Counted from the first letter of the stretch, positions 33,997 to 44,259 are shown. The stretch is 64,000 bases of DNA from Phycisphaeraceae bacterium (GCA_963674705.1 OY771506.1:2816001-2880000), one strand, 5' to 3'. Numbers and translations are program-made. Notes: generated by a model from the sequence alone, not told the origin.

Positions 33997-35328
33997 TTGA
34001 AACCTGTCTTTGCTCATAAGCGTGTTAATGTCCGCTCATCTCGTCTTGCTTTGGGATTCACGCTGGCGGGTCTCGCTGTTACAGGCACGGTCGCGCAGGC
34101 ACAGTCGTGGAACATCAACTTTGCCGGCCGGGATGCCACCGACGAGTACGTCACCGTGGCCGACGGAACCGACCCGATCGGCATGGGCGGCGGTACGTGG
34201 AACAACCTCATTTCGCCCGGGGGCAGTTGGAGTTGGGACCCGTCCTCGCCGCTTTCGATCGTTGAAGCCGATGGCGGCACGTCGATCAACCTCGATTGGG
34301 GCCCCAGTGGTAGCCTTAGGGACCACGATGCCAATATCAGTGGCACGTACACTGACCTGAATAAGGGTTGGTTCGGCCACTGGGATAACTTCGAGCAGAC
34401 GCTGAACTTCACCAACATACCCGCCGGCACGTACGACGTGACGGTCTACTTTACGTGGATATGGAATGAAAACAGCGTGGACTACGAAATCACTACCGGC
34501 ACAGGTAGCGACCTGGGTACGAAGACGCTCTACCCCGATCAATCCACCGCAGCCAGCTACAACCAGTACGTAGAAGGCAACAACTTCCTCGTCTTCGAGA
34601 ATGTCAGCCCCGACAGCGGCAACCTTGACCTGCACATTTTCAACACCGAAGACGGTGGCATCAGCGCGATTCAGATTACGACACGCCAGCCTACACTCAC
34701 AGTCGTGGTCAACACGATCACCGGCGAAGCCGAACTGAAGAACATGGCTGACGAGGCCGTGACATTCGATTATTACCTGATTGGTAGTGCTGCGGGCGCT
34801 TTGGATGCAAACACGTGGAACAGTATGGACGATCAGGAAGCCGACCCCGCGGGCTTCGGTTGGGTCGAAGCCGGCGGTTCCAATGACACGCAACTGGCTG
34901 AATTGAACCTGACCGATGCAATCACGCTGGCGGCGAATGAATCCGTATCGCTGGGTGATGCGTTTGATACAACGGTGTTTGGTTCGGGCATCGATGGCGA
35001 CCTTACGTTCCGTTACGGCGTTCCCGGCAGATCAGCGCTTGGGTATGGCGTTGTGACCTACGTCACGAGCATCCCCGGCGATCTGGATGGTGACGGGTTT
35101 GTCGGCCTCAGTGACCTGGACCTGATCCTGAACAACTGGAACATGACTATTCCCGATGGTGATCCCGCAGCCGATCCGAGCGGTGATGACTTTGTCGGTC
35201 TGGATGACCTGGACATCGTCCTGAACAACTGGAACGCAGGCACACCCCCGACCGTTGCGGTACCCGAGCCGGCGAGCATGGCGATGGGATTGTTAGGCGC
35301 GGGGCTGTGCGTTCTTCGCCGGCGATGA
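33997..35328 (+). CDS. PEP-CTERM protein with a beta-sandwich domain and dockerin-like tail
   Basis: In-frame TTG 33997 after AGGAGG; signal peptide ending AQA; GDLDGDGFVGLSDLD repeat; VPEPAS-TM-RRR. Confidence 0.82.
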   Translation: MKPVFAHKRVNVRSSRLALGFTLAGLAVTGTVAQAQSWNINFAGRDATDEYVTVADGTDPIGMGGGTWNNLISPGGSWSWDPSSPLSIVEADGGTSINLDWGPSGSLRDHDANISGTYTDLNKGWFGHWDNFEQTLNFTNIPAGTYDVTVYFTWIWNENSVDYEITTGTGSDLGTKTLYPDQSTAASYNQYVEGNNFLVFENVSPDSGNLDLHIFNTEDGGISAIQITTRQPTLTVVVNTITGEAELKNMADEAVTFDYYLIGSAAGALDANTWNSMDDQEADPAGFGWVEAGGSNDTQLAELNLTDAITLAANESVSLGDAFDTTVFGSGIDGDLTFRYGVPGRSALGYGVVTYVTSIPGDLDGDGFVGLSDLDLILNNWNMTIPDGDPAADPSGDDFVGLDDLDIVLNNWNAGTPPTVAVPEPASMAMGLLGAGLCVLRRR

Positions 35329-35382
35329 CCTGAGCGAATCGAATGATCCCTTTGAGACGAAACGACGCCAGGGAGGCGCGAG

Positions 35383-36645
35383 ATGTGTAAGCACATAACC
35401 ATACTGGCCACGCTATGCGGGATGTTATTCAGCATCAGCGCTGTTCAAGCCCAGAATATGGGTTATGTCTACGCTTATTTTGAAGGCGGTTGGCCTGACG
35501 GCGGGCACAGCGGTGTTTACCTTGCCTACAGCGAGGACGGCTACACCTTCCACGATATGAACGGCGGTAACGCGGTCCTGCAAACCCAGGATATGCCCGG
35601 GGTCGACACGGATGAAGATCAGATGCGAGACCCCTCGGTGGTCTACGGCCCGGACGGCAAATTCCACATGGTCTGGACCACCTCCGCTGTCGAGGTGAAT
35701 CGCAATATCGGCTACGCATGGTCCTACGATCTGAAGACTTGGAACGATGTGCAGCTTATCGAGATGTGGGACGCTGCTTCCACACCCAACATCGAGCACA
35801 CCTGGGCTCCTGAAATCGAATATAACGGCAATGGTGAATACGAAATTATCTTCACCGCTAACCCATACAATGGCCTATCCGGCTACGACGGTTATCTTTA
35901 TCTCTGGTCCACCACGACGACGGACTTCGTCAACTTCACGACACCTGTCGAGGCATATAACGGTGGCGTGAACGTAATCGATGGCGACAAAACCTACAAC
36001 CCCGCCACCGGCACCTACTTCATGCCCATGGAAGATGCTGTTGCGGGGCAACCGAACGATATATCTGTCGCCACGAGTCTCACGGGCGAACCGGGAACGT
36101 GGACGCGTGATGACAGTCTGACGATCGATATCTTCAGCCAACCCACGGAAGGTCCGTCGCTGATTCAGATCGATGGTTTATGGCATCTTTACTTTGATTA
36201 CTTTGGCGTTGGTGTTCTGGGCTTGGCGACCTCGCCGGACCTGGTCAACTGGACCGAAAGCTCCGACCAGGCAACGCTGCCCGCCGGCCGGCACGGCACC
36301 GTCTTTACCGCCCCGGTGGACGTTATCGCGTTTGACTACCTGCCTTACGGCCGAAGTGATTTGGACGGCAACGAAACGATCGACATCAACGACTGGATGA
36401 TCTTCACCGCGAATCATCTCACAGACCTATCGGGCCTTACGCCGGAGCAGCAAGCGGCGCTGGGTGATTTGAACGGTGATGGATTGAATAACTATCTCGA
36501 CTTTCGTCTGTTCAAGGATGACTACAACGGATTCCACGGCGACGGCAGCTTCGAGCAGATGCTCAGCGTTGTTCCCGAACCGGCATCCGGCTTGACGCTG
36601 ATCGCACTCGGTATCGTGATGACATTCGGCAAACGAGTGCGATAG
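35383..36645 (+). CDS. GH43-like five-bladed beta-propeller glycoside hydrolase with EF-hand tail and PEP-CTERM (copy 1)
   Basis: MRDPSV, HTWAPE, VIDG, TEGPS motifs; signal peptide; VPEPAS tail. Confidence 0.85.
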   Translation: MCKHITILATLCGMLFSISAVQAQNMGYVYAYFEGGWPDGGHSGVYLAYSEDGYTFHDMNGGNAVLQTQDMPGVDTDEDQMRDPSVVYGPDGKFHMVWTTSAVEVNRNIGYAWSYDLKTWNDVQLIEMWDAASTPNIEHTWAPEIEYNGNGEYEIIFTANPYNGLSGYDGYLYLWSTTTTDFVNFTTPVEAYNGGVNVIDGDKTYNPATGTYFMPMEDAVAGQPNDISVATSLTGEPGTWTRDDSLTIDIFSQPTEGPSLIQIDGLWHLYFDYFGVGVLGLATSPDLVNWTESSDQATLPAGRHGTVFTAPVDVIAFDYLPYGRSDLDGNETIDINDWMIFTANHLTDLSGLTPEQQAALGDLNGDGLNNYLDFRLFKDDYNGFHGDGSFEQMLSVVPEPASGLTLIALGIVMTFGKRVR

Positions 36646-36678
36646 ATCGACACGTACACGCGACGGCAAGTGTGAATC

Positions 36679-37938
36679 ATGGCAATGTTGGATATGACGA
36701 TGAACTTTCGGACGACAACCGGTGCTTTGATGATGGCGCTGACGCTGGGTCTGGGTACTGCCCCGGTCCACGCTCAGAACACCGGCTACGTCTACGCCTA
36801 CTTCGAGGGCCCGTGGCCGATCGGCGGCGAGTCCGGCATCTACCTCGCCTACAGCGAAGACGGCTACAACTTCCAGAACATGAACGGCGGCAACGCGGTC
36901 TTGTCTGTCGAAGGTATGTACGACGAAACCGAAGACATGATGCGCGATCCGTCCGTGGTTTACGCCGACGGCAAGTTCCACATGGTCTGGACTACCTCCG
37001 CACTCGACGTGAACCGCAATATCGGCTACGCCTGGTCCTACGACCTGAAGACTTGGAACGATGTGCAGCTCATCGAGGTCTTCGACGAAGCATCGACACC
37101 CAACATCGGACATACCTGGGCGCCGGATATCGAATACAACGGCAACGGCGAGTACGAGATCATCTTCACCGCCGATCCTTACGGTGATCACCTCGCGCTC
37201 TGGTCCACCACGACCACCGACTTCGTCAACTTCACCACACCCGTGTCGGCTTTCGATCCCGGCTATCAGGCCATCGACGGCGACAAGACCTACAACCCGG
37301 ACACCGGCACGTATGTGATGCCCGTGGTGACGGACCAGGGAAGCCCCATCCACATGGCCACCAGCACCACCGGCGAGCCGGGTACGTGGGTTCTGGACAA
37401 CAACCTGACGGTTGACGTCTTCACGGGGCCGACGGAAGGCCCATCACTGATCCAGATCGACGGCCTGTGGTACATGTATATCGACTACCACAGCGTCGGG
37501 GTCCTCGGCTTGGCAACCTCGCCGGACCTGATCAACTGGACCGAAGTCTCCGACCTTGCCACGCTGCCCAACGGCCGACACGGCGCCGCGTTCGCCGCAC
37601 CGTTGAACGTCATCGCTTTCAGCCTCTTGCCTCATGGCCGCAGTGATCTGGATGGCAACGAAACGATCGATGTCAATGATTGGTTGATCTTTACTGCCAA
37701 TCATTTGGCTGACCTGTCGGGTCTGACATCCGAGCAGCAGGCAGCGAAGGGCGATCTGAACGGTGATGGATTGAATGACTTTAGTGACTTCCGTTTGTTT
37801 CAGGATGACTACGATGCGTTCCATGGTGATGGTGCGTTCGCGACCATGCTGATAACAGTTCCGGAACCGATGTCAGGCGTATGCCTGGCAATCGTCGGAT
37901 TAGCTTTATTCACTGGTTATCGCAGGAGGTTGTCGTGA
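36679..37938 (+). CDS. GH43-like glycoside hydrolase with EF-hand tail and PEP-CTERM (copy 2)
   Basis: MRDPSV, HTWAPD, AIDG, TEGPS; VPEPM tail; start may be one of the later Met codons. Confidence 0.85.
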   Translation: MAMLDMTMNFRTTTGALMMALTLGLGTAPVHAQNTGYVYAYFEGPWPIGGESGIYLAYSEDGYNFQNMNGGNAVLSVEGMYDETEDMMRDPSVVYADGKFHMVWTTSALDVNRNIGYAWSYDLKTWNDVQLIEVFDEASTPNIGHTWAPDIEYNGNGEYEIIFTADPYGDHLALWSTTTTDFVNFTTPVSAFDPGYQAIDGDKTYNPDTGTYVMPVVTDQGSPIHMATSTTGEPGTWVLDNNLTVDVFTGPTEGPSLIQIDGLWYMYIDYHSVGVLGLATSPDLINWTEVSDLATLPNGRHGAAFAAPLNVIAFSLLPHGRSDLDGNETIDVNDWLIFTANHLADLSGLTSEQQAAKGDLNGDGLNDFSDFRLFQDDYDAFHGDGAFATMLITVPEPMSGVCLAIVGLALFTGYRRRLS

Positions 37939-39209
37939 CGCGTCGATGTATTTGCAGCGCCTTAGCTATCAGTCTGGCATGTTGTGGGGGCGCAGCTCGT
38001 GTTCAAGGCAGCACGACCGGCTATGTTTACGCCTACTTCCAGGGCGGCTGGCCTACGGGCGGCCACAGCGGCGTGTACATGAGCTACAGCGAAGACGGGT
38101 TGAACTTCACGCCTATGAATGACGGCAATCCCGTGTTTGTTCCACCGGACGCGTGGGGCAATGACACGGACACCGATGATGAAGATCAGGCTCGCGACCC
38201 TTCGGTGGTCTACGCCAATGGTGTGTACCACATGGTCTGGACATCGGGTATCACCACACGTTCGATCGGCTACGCATCATCGACGGACCTGATGAACTGG
38301 ACCGATGTACAATTGATCGATATCTGGGACCAGAGCACGGTCGTCAACCACACGTGGGCGCCCGAGGTTTTCTACGACGAAGCTAATTCGCAATTCCAGA
38401 TCATCTTTGCTTCTGACCTGGATAACGGGGATCACAAGCTGTACTCGATCACGACGACCGACTTTACAAGCTTCAGTTCGCCAAGTCTGTATTACTACAA
38501 CGGCGTGACAGTGATTGATGCGATGATCGCGTATGACGAGTTGAACAATCAGTACCTGATGGCGATCAAGGACGAGCAAGGCGGGCAGAAGAATGTTCGT
38601 CTGGCGACCGCGTCAAGCGCCCAGGGCCCGTGGACGACCAACAATCCGATCATCGTCGGGCCGGGTTCGGGTATCGAGGAAAATGCGACCGAAGGCCCAT
38701 CTATCATCAAGATCGGTGATACCTGGTACATGTATTACGACGCCTACGGCGCGGGTTATCTCGGCGTAGCGACCACGACCGATAGCGATCCGACCAACGC
38801 CGGTTCGTGGGTCAATGTGACTTCGCAGTCCACGATGCCAAGCGGCCATCACGGCACGGTGTTCGCCTCGCCTGTCAGTTCCATCGCCTTTGAGTATCTG
38901 CCGTATTCCCGCAGCGATTTGAATGGTGATGAACAGATCAGTATCGACGACTGGCTGATCTTTACCGCCAACCACCTGGTGGATCTGTCCGGCCTGACAG
39001 TCCAGCAGCAGGCGGCGCTGGGTGATCTCAATGGTGACGGGCTAAACGACTACAATGACTTCCGTCTATTCAAAAGCGATTTCGATGCGATCTATGGCGA
39101 TGGGGCATTCGTGACCATGCTCTCATCGGTACCAGAGCCCGGGACGGGGCTTGCACTAGGAGCCATGACGATCGGCTTGGCCGCGGCCCGTAAGCGCCGA
39201 TGTTCATGA
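37935..39209 (+). CDS. GH43-like glycoside hydrolase with EF-hand tail and PEP-CTERM (copy 3)
   Basis: GTG 37935 overlaps the previous stop (GTGA) after AGGAGG; ARDPSV, HTWAPE, VIDA, TEGPS; VPEPG tail. Confidence 0.85.
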   Translation: MTRRCICSALAISLACCGGAARVQGSTTGYVYAYFQGGWPTGGHSGVYMSYSEDGLNFTPMNDGNPVFVPPDAWGNDTDTDDEDQARDPSVVYANGVYHMVWTSGITTRSIGYASSTDLMNWTDVQLIDIWDQSTVVNHTWAPEVFYDEANSQFQIIFASDLDNGDHKLYSITTTDFTSFSSPSLYYYNGVTVIDAMIAYDELNNQYLMAIKDEQGGQKNVRLATASSAQGPWTTNNPIIVGPGSGIEENATEGPSIIKIGDTWYMYYDAYGAGYLGVATTTDSDPTNAGSWVNVTSQSTMPSGHHGTVFASPVSSIAFEYLPYSRSDLNGDEQISIDDWLIFTANHLVDLSGLTVQQQAALGDLNGDGLNDYNDFRLFKSDFDAIYGDGAFVTMLSSVPEPGTGLALGAMTIGLAAARKRRCS

Positions 39210-39225
39210 ACGGAATAGACTGACT

Positions 39226-39266
39226 AAACAAAAAGCCCGCATATTTAAGCCGCGGGCTTTTTGTTT
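39226..39266. terminator. Bidirectional terminator
   Basis: AAACAAAAAGCCCGC-11 nt-GCGGGCTTTTTGTTT between convergent genes. Confidence 0.88.
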
Positions 39267-39290
39267 GGTGTGATCGATTCTGTGTAATAA

Positions 39291-40226
39291 TTAGAAGTCA
39301 AACACCACGGCACCATAGTATTTGACATCATTGTGTTTGGAATCGCCTTCGGTTTTTGATCGGTATTCGTTATCAATACCGAACTTGAGCCTCATGCCGT
39401 CGGCCTCGTCGATCTTGATCGACCATGCGGCGCCGGCGTTGGTGCGTGATTCACCAAAGTCACCCAGGTCCGGATACACGGTGACGTAGCTGGAAAGCTT
39501 CTGACGGTCGCTGATTGTGTAGTCCCATTCCAAGCCCAACAGCGCCTCGGGCTTCAGCTCATCGACATCGCCGAATTCATAACTGGCACCGAGACCGGCC
39601 CGACCGATGACACTGTGCTTATCGTTTTTAACCATCTGCTTGCCAACACCAGCAAAGAGGCTTGCCCGCGTTTCCCAGTCGGTGAACTCGTCGTATTCCA
39701 GTTTGCCGGTGACGAATTTGAACCAAGGGCTGTCCGGCATGAGCCAGTCATGCGTGAATCCCGCATTAGCTTCGTTGCGTGTTGTGTTGCCGTCGTCATC
39801 GCTGCGGTAATAGTTCAGGTTGAGCTTGGTGCGCTCTTCATCATTCTCACGCATCGCGGCGAAGCCGACCAGAACATTTAAGGTCTGGCTGTTGCCGTCC
39901 GATCCGTTGAAGCCGGCTTCGAAGTGTTTTTCCCAGCCGGGCAGGATCTTGTTGGACCACTCATTGGCGGGTTTGGCTTCCGGCTCGGGGGCGACCTCGA
40001 CAGGCTCCGCCTTCGCTTCATCCGAATCGACGTTTACGGCTTTGATCTGATCTTTCGTGAACGTGAGTTCACCGAGCAGGGGGTGGGTGAGTTTGACGGC
40101 CGAGTCTGATTGTTCGGTGACCGTGCCGTGGAGCAAGTCGCCCGAGTTCAGTTCTACGGTATCCGCCGATAGCAGGGAGGTAGCGATAGAGACGGCTAGC
40201 GCCGCTGATAGAAAGCTGCGTGTCAT
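39291..40226 (-). CDS. DUF481/YdiY-like outer-membrane beta-barrel protein
   Basis: Signal peptide, DTVELNSGDLLHG N-domain, GFNGSDGNS, alternating beta strands, terminal FDF; start ATG 40226 after GAGG. Confidence 0.8.
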   Translation of the reverse strand: MTRSFLSAALAVSIATSLLSADTVELNSGDLLHGTVTEQSDSAVKLTHPLLGELTFTKDQIKAVNVDSDEAKAEPVEVAPEPEAKPANEWSNKILPGWEKHFEAGFNGSDGNSQTLNVLVGFAAMRENDEERTKLNLNYYRSDDDGNTTRNEANAGFTHDWLMPDSPWFKFVTGKLEYDEFTDWETRASLFAGVGKQMVKNDKHSVIGRAGLGASYEFGDVDELKPEALLGLEWDYTISDRQKLSSYVTVYPDLGDFGESRTNAGAAWSIKIDEADGMRLKFGIDNEYRSKTEGDSKHNDVKYYGAVVFDF

Positions 40227-40342
40227 GTATGGTCCTCTGATCAGTAAGGGTCTGAACAAATATTGCTGTCAGATATTGTACAGTTCTGGGGTATTTACTG
40301 CCATCCCCCTGAGGTGGGCTTTGCCCTGAATAGAGGTCCAAT

Positions 40343-40374
40343 AAAAAACCGCCGGGCGTCAAGCCCGACGGTTT
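40343..40374 (-). terminator. Rho-independent terminator
   Basis: Minus strand AAACCGTCGGGC-ttgac-GCCCGGCGGTTTTTT after the gene ending at 40398. Confidence 0.85.
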
Positions 40375-40397
40375 GAAAGACTATGCTGGATATCAAT

Positions 40398-41333
40398 TTA
40401 GCGACGACGGATCATCGCCAGGCCGCCGAGGCCCATCAGCGCGAGGCTGGCGGGTTCGGGGGTGACAACGACATTGTCGATCAAGGTAATATTCAACAAG
40501 TAGTCGTTGGGGTCCGATGATGAACTGCTGTTGGTGTCGGCGTGACCGAGCAGGAAGTTGCTACCGCCCAAGGTCAGGGAGCTTGTATCCACGGTAGCGA
40601 TCAACAGGCCATCGATCGAGAACGTGGTTGTGTTGCCCGCAACAACCATTTCCACCGTGACCCATTGGAAAGCGGTCTCGCCGCTGTCGGTGACACCGGT
40701 TTGGGCTGGGTATAGCAAGGTTTGCGCCGCAGGAGCAGATGCCCCGCCGAACACGGAATAGTAGGCAGCGCTACCATTCCTTGCACCACCCGGAGCGGCA
40801 AACACGGGGTCACCCTCTGGGTAGCCTGTAACGGCTGCAGAAGAGTACGCACGGTAATCAACCGAAGACCCGCCATCCAGAGTTACGCCGAACATAACAC
40901 TCTCAGAAACCACGCCCGGATAGACGGCTGAGGAGCCGGAAGTGCCGACGCCCATCATGGAAAGTTGCGTGGTGCCGCTACCGCCGGCGCCTAAGGGGCC
41001 GACGTAGTTCTGCCACATATCGAACGTGACAGTGTAATTCGTGCCGAAGCTTTCGCCTGTTGGCGAGACACTGAACCCGCCGAAGACGGCGGCGCTGTTA
41101 TTCGCAGTCATCTTCAGCCCCAGGGTGTCGCTACCGTTGGCTGAGGGCACGCCGATGGCAGAGTAGTCGTATGAGAAGTCTACCAGGATGTCGGTAACGC
41201 CTGGATCGTTGATGGTCCAGTTGGCACTGTTATCGACGTTGAAGTCTTCGCTATACAGGGCGCCAAACGCGCTGCCTGAGGCCAGGCACAATGCTGTAAG
41301 CGATGTCAGGCACAAACCAGTCTTTTGTTTCAT
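40398..41333 (-). CDS. PEP-CTERM protein, putative lectin/ConA-like beta-sandwich
   Basis: Signal peptide, YSEDFNVD...GGSSVDYR domain, TPEPASLALMGLGGLAMIRRR. Confidence 0.85.
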   Translation of the reverse strand: MKQKTGLCLTSLTALCLASGSAFGALYSEDFNVDNSANWTINDPGVTDILVDFSYDYSAIGVPSANGSDTLGLKMTANNSAAVFGGFSVSPTGESFGTNYTVTFDMWQNYVGPLGAGGSGTTQLSMMGVGTSGSSAVYPGVVSESVMFGVTLDGGSSVDYRAYSSAAVTGYPEGDPVFAAPGGARNGSAAYYSVFGGASAPAAQTLLYPAQTGVTDSGETAFQWVTVEMVVAGNTTTFSIDGLLIATVDTSSLTLGGSNFLLGHADTNSSSSSDPNDYLLNITLIDNVVVTPEPASLALMGLGGLAMIRRR

Positions 41334-41517
41334 CTCTCCGCTCCTTTAAATGCCGAACACAGCGCATACAACTCACAGCGGTATGCCTGTAAACGGGGTT
41401 TTGGTAAATTATTTTGGAAGGTGCTGGCCGCTAACAAAGCAGCTTAATAGAAGTAATGTGGTCTTTCTCCCTTAGCCGGTAAACGAGCCGGCCGACAATC
41501 TCGACTTCATATAATAC

Positions 41518-41546
41518 ATCATGCCAGTAGAAGTGTTTAAAGTCAA
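41518..41546 (-). promoter_or_regulatory. Sigma70-type promoter
   Basis: TTGACT-N17-CATGAT about 180 nt upstream of ATG 41333. Confidence 0.55.
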
Positions 41547-41611
41547 CAGAATTGCACATTTTCAGGGAATCTTGACGCCAGTAGTGACGGTTGTTGGTAG
41601 ATGATAGACAT

Positions 41612-41643
41612 AAAAACCGCCGGGTATTAAACCCGGCGGTTTT
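41612..41643 (-). terminator. Rho-independent terminator
   Basis: AAAACCGCCGGGT-loop-ACCCGGCGGTTTT after the gene ending at 41666. Confidence 0.88.
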
Positions 41644-41665
41644 AGAGTCTTAAAGGATATTCAGC

Positions 41666-42526
41666 TTAGCGGCGACGGATCATCGCCAGGCCACCGAGGC
41701 CCATCAGCGCGAGGCTGGCGGGTTCGGGGATCGCTTCGACGTTCAGGTTGTCATAGATGATGAACTGAGCATCGGAGACGGAGCTGAACGCATCGTGGTA
41801 GCCGAGAGCGACCTGGCCATCGCTGACGATAGTAGGCGTACGGATGATCGCAACACCGTCGAGGTAGTAGGTGACGTTGACGGGGTCCACTTCGATCGTC
41901 AGAGTGGTCCACGAGTTGCCTGGGGAACCGGGGAAGTCCGTGTCAGGATAGATTTGCTGATAGGTATCACCGGTCGCATTGGTGGTGTTCAGGTCGTTCC
42001 AGTAGGACGGGTCGCCTGAGTTAACCGGGGTGCCGGGCTCGATGAAGTGCCGGTAGTCCGAGGAGCTGCCGCCTTCACCGGTTATGGACAGGAAGTGGCC
42101 CGTGCCGCTGATGGGGGTGAAGATCGAGTTGGAGGTTGCGCCATCACCGGCGACGCCCACGGTGGCGAATTCGGTGGTGCCGGCGGTGCCTTCAACACCC
42201 ATGTAGATGTCGACGCTCATCCGATAGGCGGCTTCGGTGACTACGATGTTGTTGAAAGCGGTCAACGTGTTGGAGGCGCCAAGGCTGTTGTTGACAGTCA
42301 TGTACAGACCGCTCATGTCACCAGCGGTCGAGTTCGGAGCCAGTGCATAACCAGCGGTCACGTAGTCATACGCGAACACGATGGTGCTGTCCGGGCCACC
42401 TTGCTCAATCACGGTGTAGCTGGCCGAAGAATCAACCTCGAAGTCATCGGCGATCAGGGCGGCCGAAACCGGGGCCGTTGCGATGGCACCGGCCAGAACG
42501 GCCAATGTAAAACCAAACTTTCTCAT
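41666..42526 (-). CDS. PEP-CTERM protein, paralog of 40398-41333
   Basis: ADDFEVDS...GGSSSDYR domain, IPEPASLALMGLGGLAMIRRR. Confidence 0.85.
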   Translation of the reverse strand: MRKFGFTLAVLAGAIATAPVSAALIADDFEVDSSASYTVIEQGGPDSTIVFAYDYVTAGYALAPNSTAGDMSGLYMTVNNSLGASNTLTAFNNIVVTEAAYRMSVDIYMGVEGTAGTTEFATVGVAGDGATSNSIFTPISGTGHFLSITGEGGSSSDYRHFIEPGTPVNSGDPSYWNDLNTTNATGDTYQQIYPDTDFPGSPGNSWTTLTIEVDPVNVTYYLDGVAIIRTPTIVSDGQVALGYHDAFSSVSDAQFIIYDNLNVEAIPEPASLALMGLGGLAMIRRR

Positions 42527-42709
42527 CTCTCCATCTCCTTTAGTAATGGGAACAAGCCGTAACGTATTACTTAATCAAGGGCAATACAGGATTAACACAA
42601 GGCCCTTAAAATATGAATAGATAGATATACTATCTCCGCTCCTTTTGGGCCAAGATCGGCCCTCATATGTCACAAGCCTGGCGAAAAATATATCCGCCCG
42701 CATACCTAT

Positions 42710-42738
42710 AGCATGCATCATTTAGCGCATAATGTCAA
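42710..42738 (-). promoter_or_regulatory. Sigma70-type promoter
   Basis: TTGACA-N17-CATGCT about 180 nt upstream of ATG 42526. Confidence 0.6.
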
Positions 42739-42934
42739 GCGCAAAGTTTCATAATTAGGGAAATCAAAACTGCGAAAATAAAGCCATAAGTATCGCAATA
42801 TCAGTATTATATGCGATTGTTATATGTTCGCTGCATGCTGTGCTCTTGAATGGTTGTCTATGGGTATCCACTTGGGTGTCATGATCTGAGAACTTGGGTA
42901 AAAATGATCGTCTATACCACCATTGACACAACTG

Positions 42935-42969
42935 AAAAGACCGGCCATCCCAGTTAAGGATGCCCGGCC
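42935..42969 (-). terminator. Rho-independent terminator
   Basis: Minus strand GGCCGGGCATCC-loop-GGATGGCCGGTC-TTTT. Confidence 0.65.
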
Positions 42970-43026
42970 TGTTGGTTGTCGAGATGCTTGAATGTTGAGT
43001 GAGTATCCGGTCGGTTACGTGATAGA

Positions 43027-44196
43027 TCAGCCGCGTCGAAGCAACGTGTACGCTCCCAATCCAATCAGGATCAGTGTGGCCGGCTCAGGCACGATCGAGG
43101 CCGGTGGCGTCCCGGCGTTCCAGTTGTTCAGCACCGTGTCCAGGTCTTCCAGACCGACATAATTGTCACCCGTCGGATCCGCGGCAGGATCGCCCGGTGG
43201 GATGGTCTGGTTCCAGTTGCTCAGGACGATGTCCAAGTCGTCCAGGCCGACGAAACCATCGTTATTCAGATCGCCTTCCAATGAGCCTGCAAGCAGGTCG
43301 GTTGCGGTGGTGATGACAACGTTGTCATAAATGACGAATTGATCCTCGGGGAAAGCGGATGACCCTGATCCCGCATCGAACAAGCCCAGCGAGACCGAGC
43401 CGCTTGTGACGCCGCTGGTGTTGGCGACGTTCTGATTCAGCGGGTCAAAAAACAGTGGGTCTTCGAACGGGATTTCCGCACCGTCGATCCAGAAGTTCAA
43501 AGTATCGGCGTCGGCGTTGTACTGGATGGTAAATGTTGCCCAGCCATTGATCACAGCACCGTTACCGACTGTTTCAGGATCAACACCGTAGGTATACGTT
43601 GCGCCCAGATCGGGATCGGACATGGTTGTCAGACCGTCGGTAGGTGTGATCGAGTCGCGCAGGATGATGTCGCTGCCGACGTCACCGTCCACCGTGTGGA
43701 ACAGGTAGGTGCCCGAGACCGTGTTGCCTGAGAAGTAGCTGGTAGCGATGCCGGGCGTTGTGTTAACGCCGACATACGCATGTTCGCTGGTACCTGCGCC
43801 GGGACCGTTGCGAGAATAGCTCATCCACACATCGACTTCGAGCTGATAGGAGCCGGTAATTTCGGTTATGGCGCCGCCGGTCAGCGCGCTGATATCGAGC
43901 GTGGTTTGCGCCGAGTTCGAGCCGGTCGACACGGGGTTGTTGGTGTTGGCGATCACCTTGATGCCCGTGCCCGAGATGCCGTCCAATCCTGTGTAAGCGA
44001 AGGTATGATCGATGGATTCGTTGCCGGGGTTCGCGCCCGGGTTTGAGTCGAGCGTCCACACGCCGGATTGGTCGGTTTCAAAATCCGAGGAATACAGTGT
44101 GTACGCGAACGGTACCGGTGAGGCGGCTTGTGTGTGTCCTATCACCGTACCTAATAACGCACAGCCAATCATAAACGTTGTCGTCTTCCGCATCAT
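43027..44196 (-). CDS. PEP-CTERM protein with the same beta-sandwich family plus a dockerin-like tail
   Basis: ATG 44196 after AGGAGG; YSSDFETD, GAGTSE, FVIYDNV shared with neighbours; GDLNNDGFVGLDDLD; VPEPA-TM-RRG. Confidence 0.85.
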   Translation of the reverse strand: MMRKTTTFMIGCALLGTVIGHTQAASPVPFAYTLYSSDFETDQSGVWTLDSNPGANPGNESIDHTFAYTGLDGISGTGIKVIANTNNPVSTGSNSAQTTLDISALTGGAITEITGSYQLEVDVWMSYSRNGPGAGTSEHAYVGVNTTPGIATSYFSGNTVSGTYLFHTVDGDVGSDIILRDSITPTDGLTTMSDPDLGATYTYGVDPETVGNGAVINGWATFTIQYNADADTLNFWIDGAEIPFEDPLFFDPLNQNVANTSGVTSGSVSLGLFDAGSGSSAFPEDQFVIYDNVVITTATDLLAGSLEGDLNNDGFVGLDDLDIVLSNWNQTIPPGDPAADPTGDNYVGLEDLDTVLNNWNAGTPPASIVPEPATLILIGLGAYTLLRRG

Positions 44197-44259
44197 TCGC
44201 CTCCTAATCATACAAAGAGAATTGTTTACAGACGTATAGTTGAATCTGATGCCAGCTAC

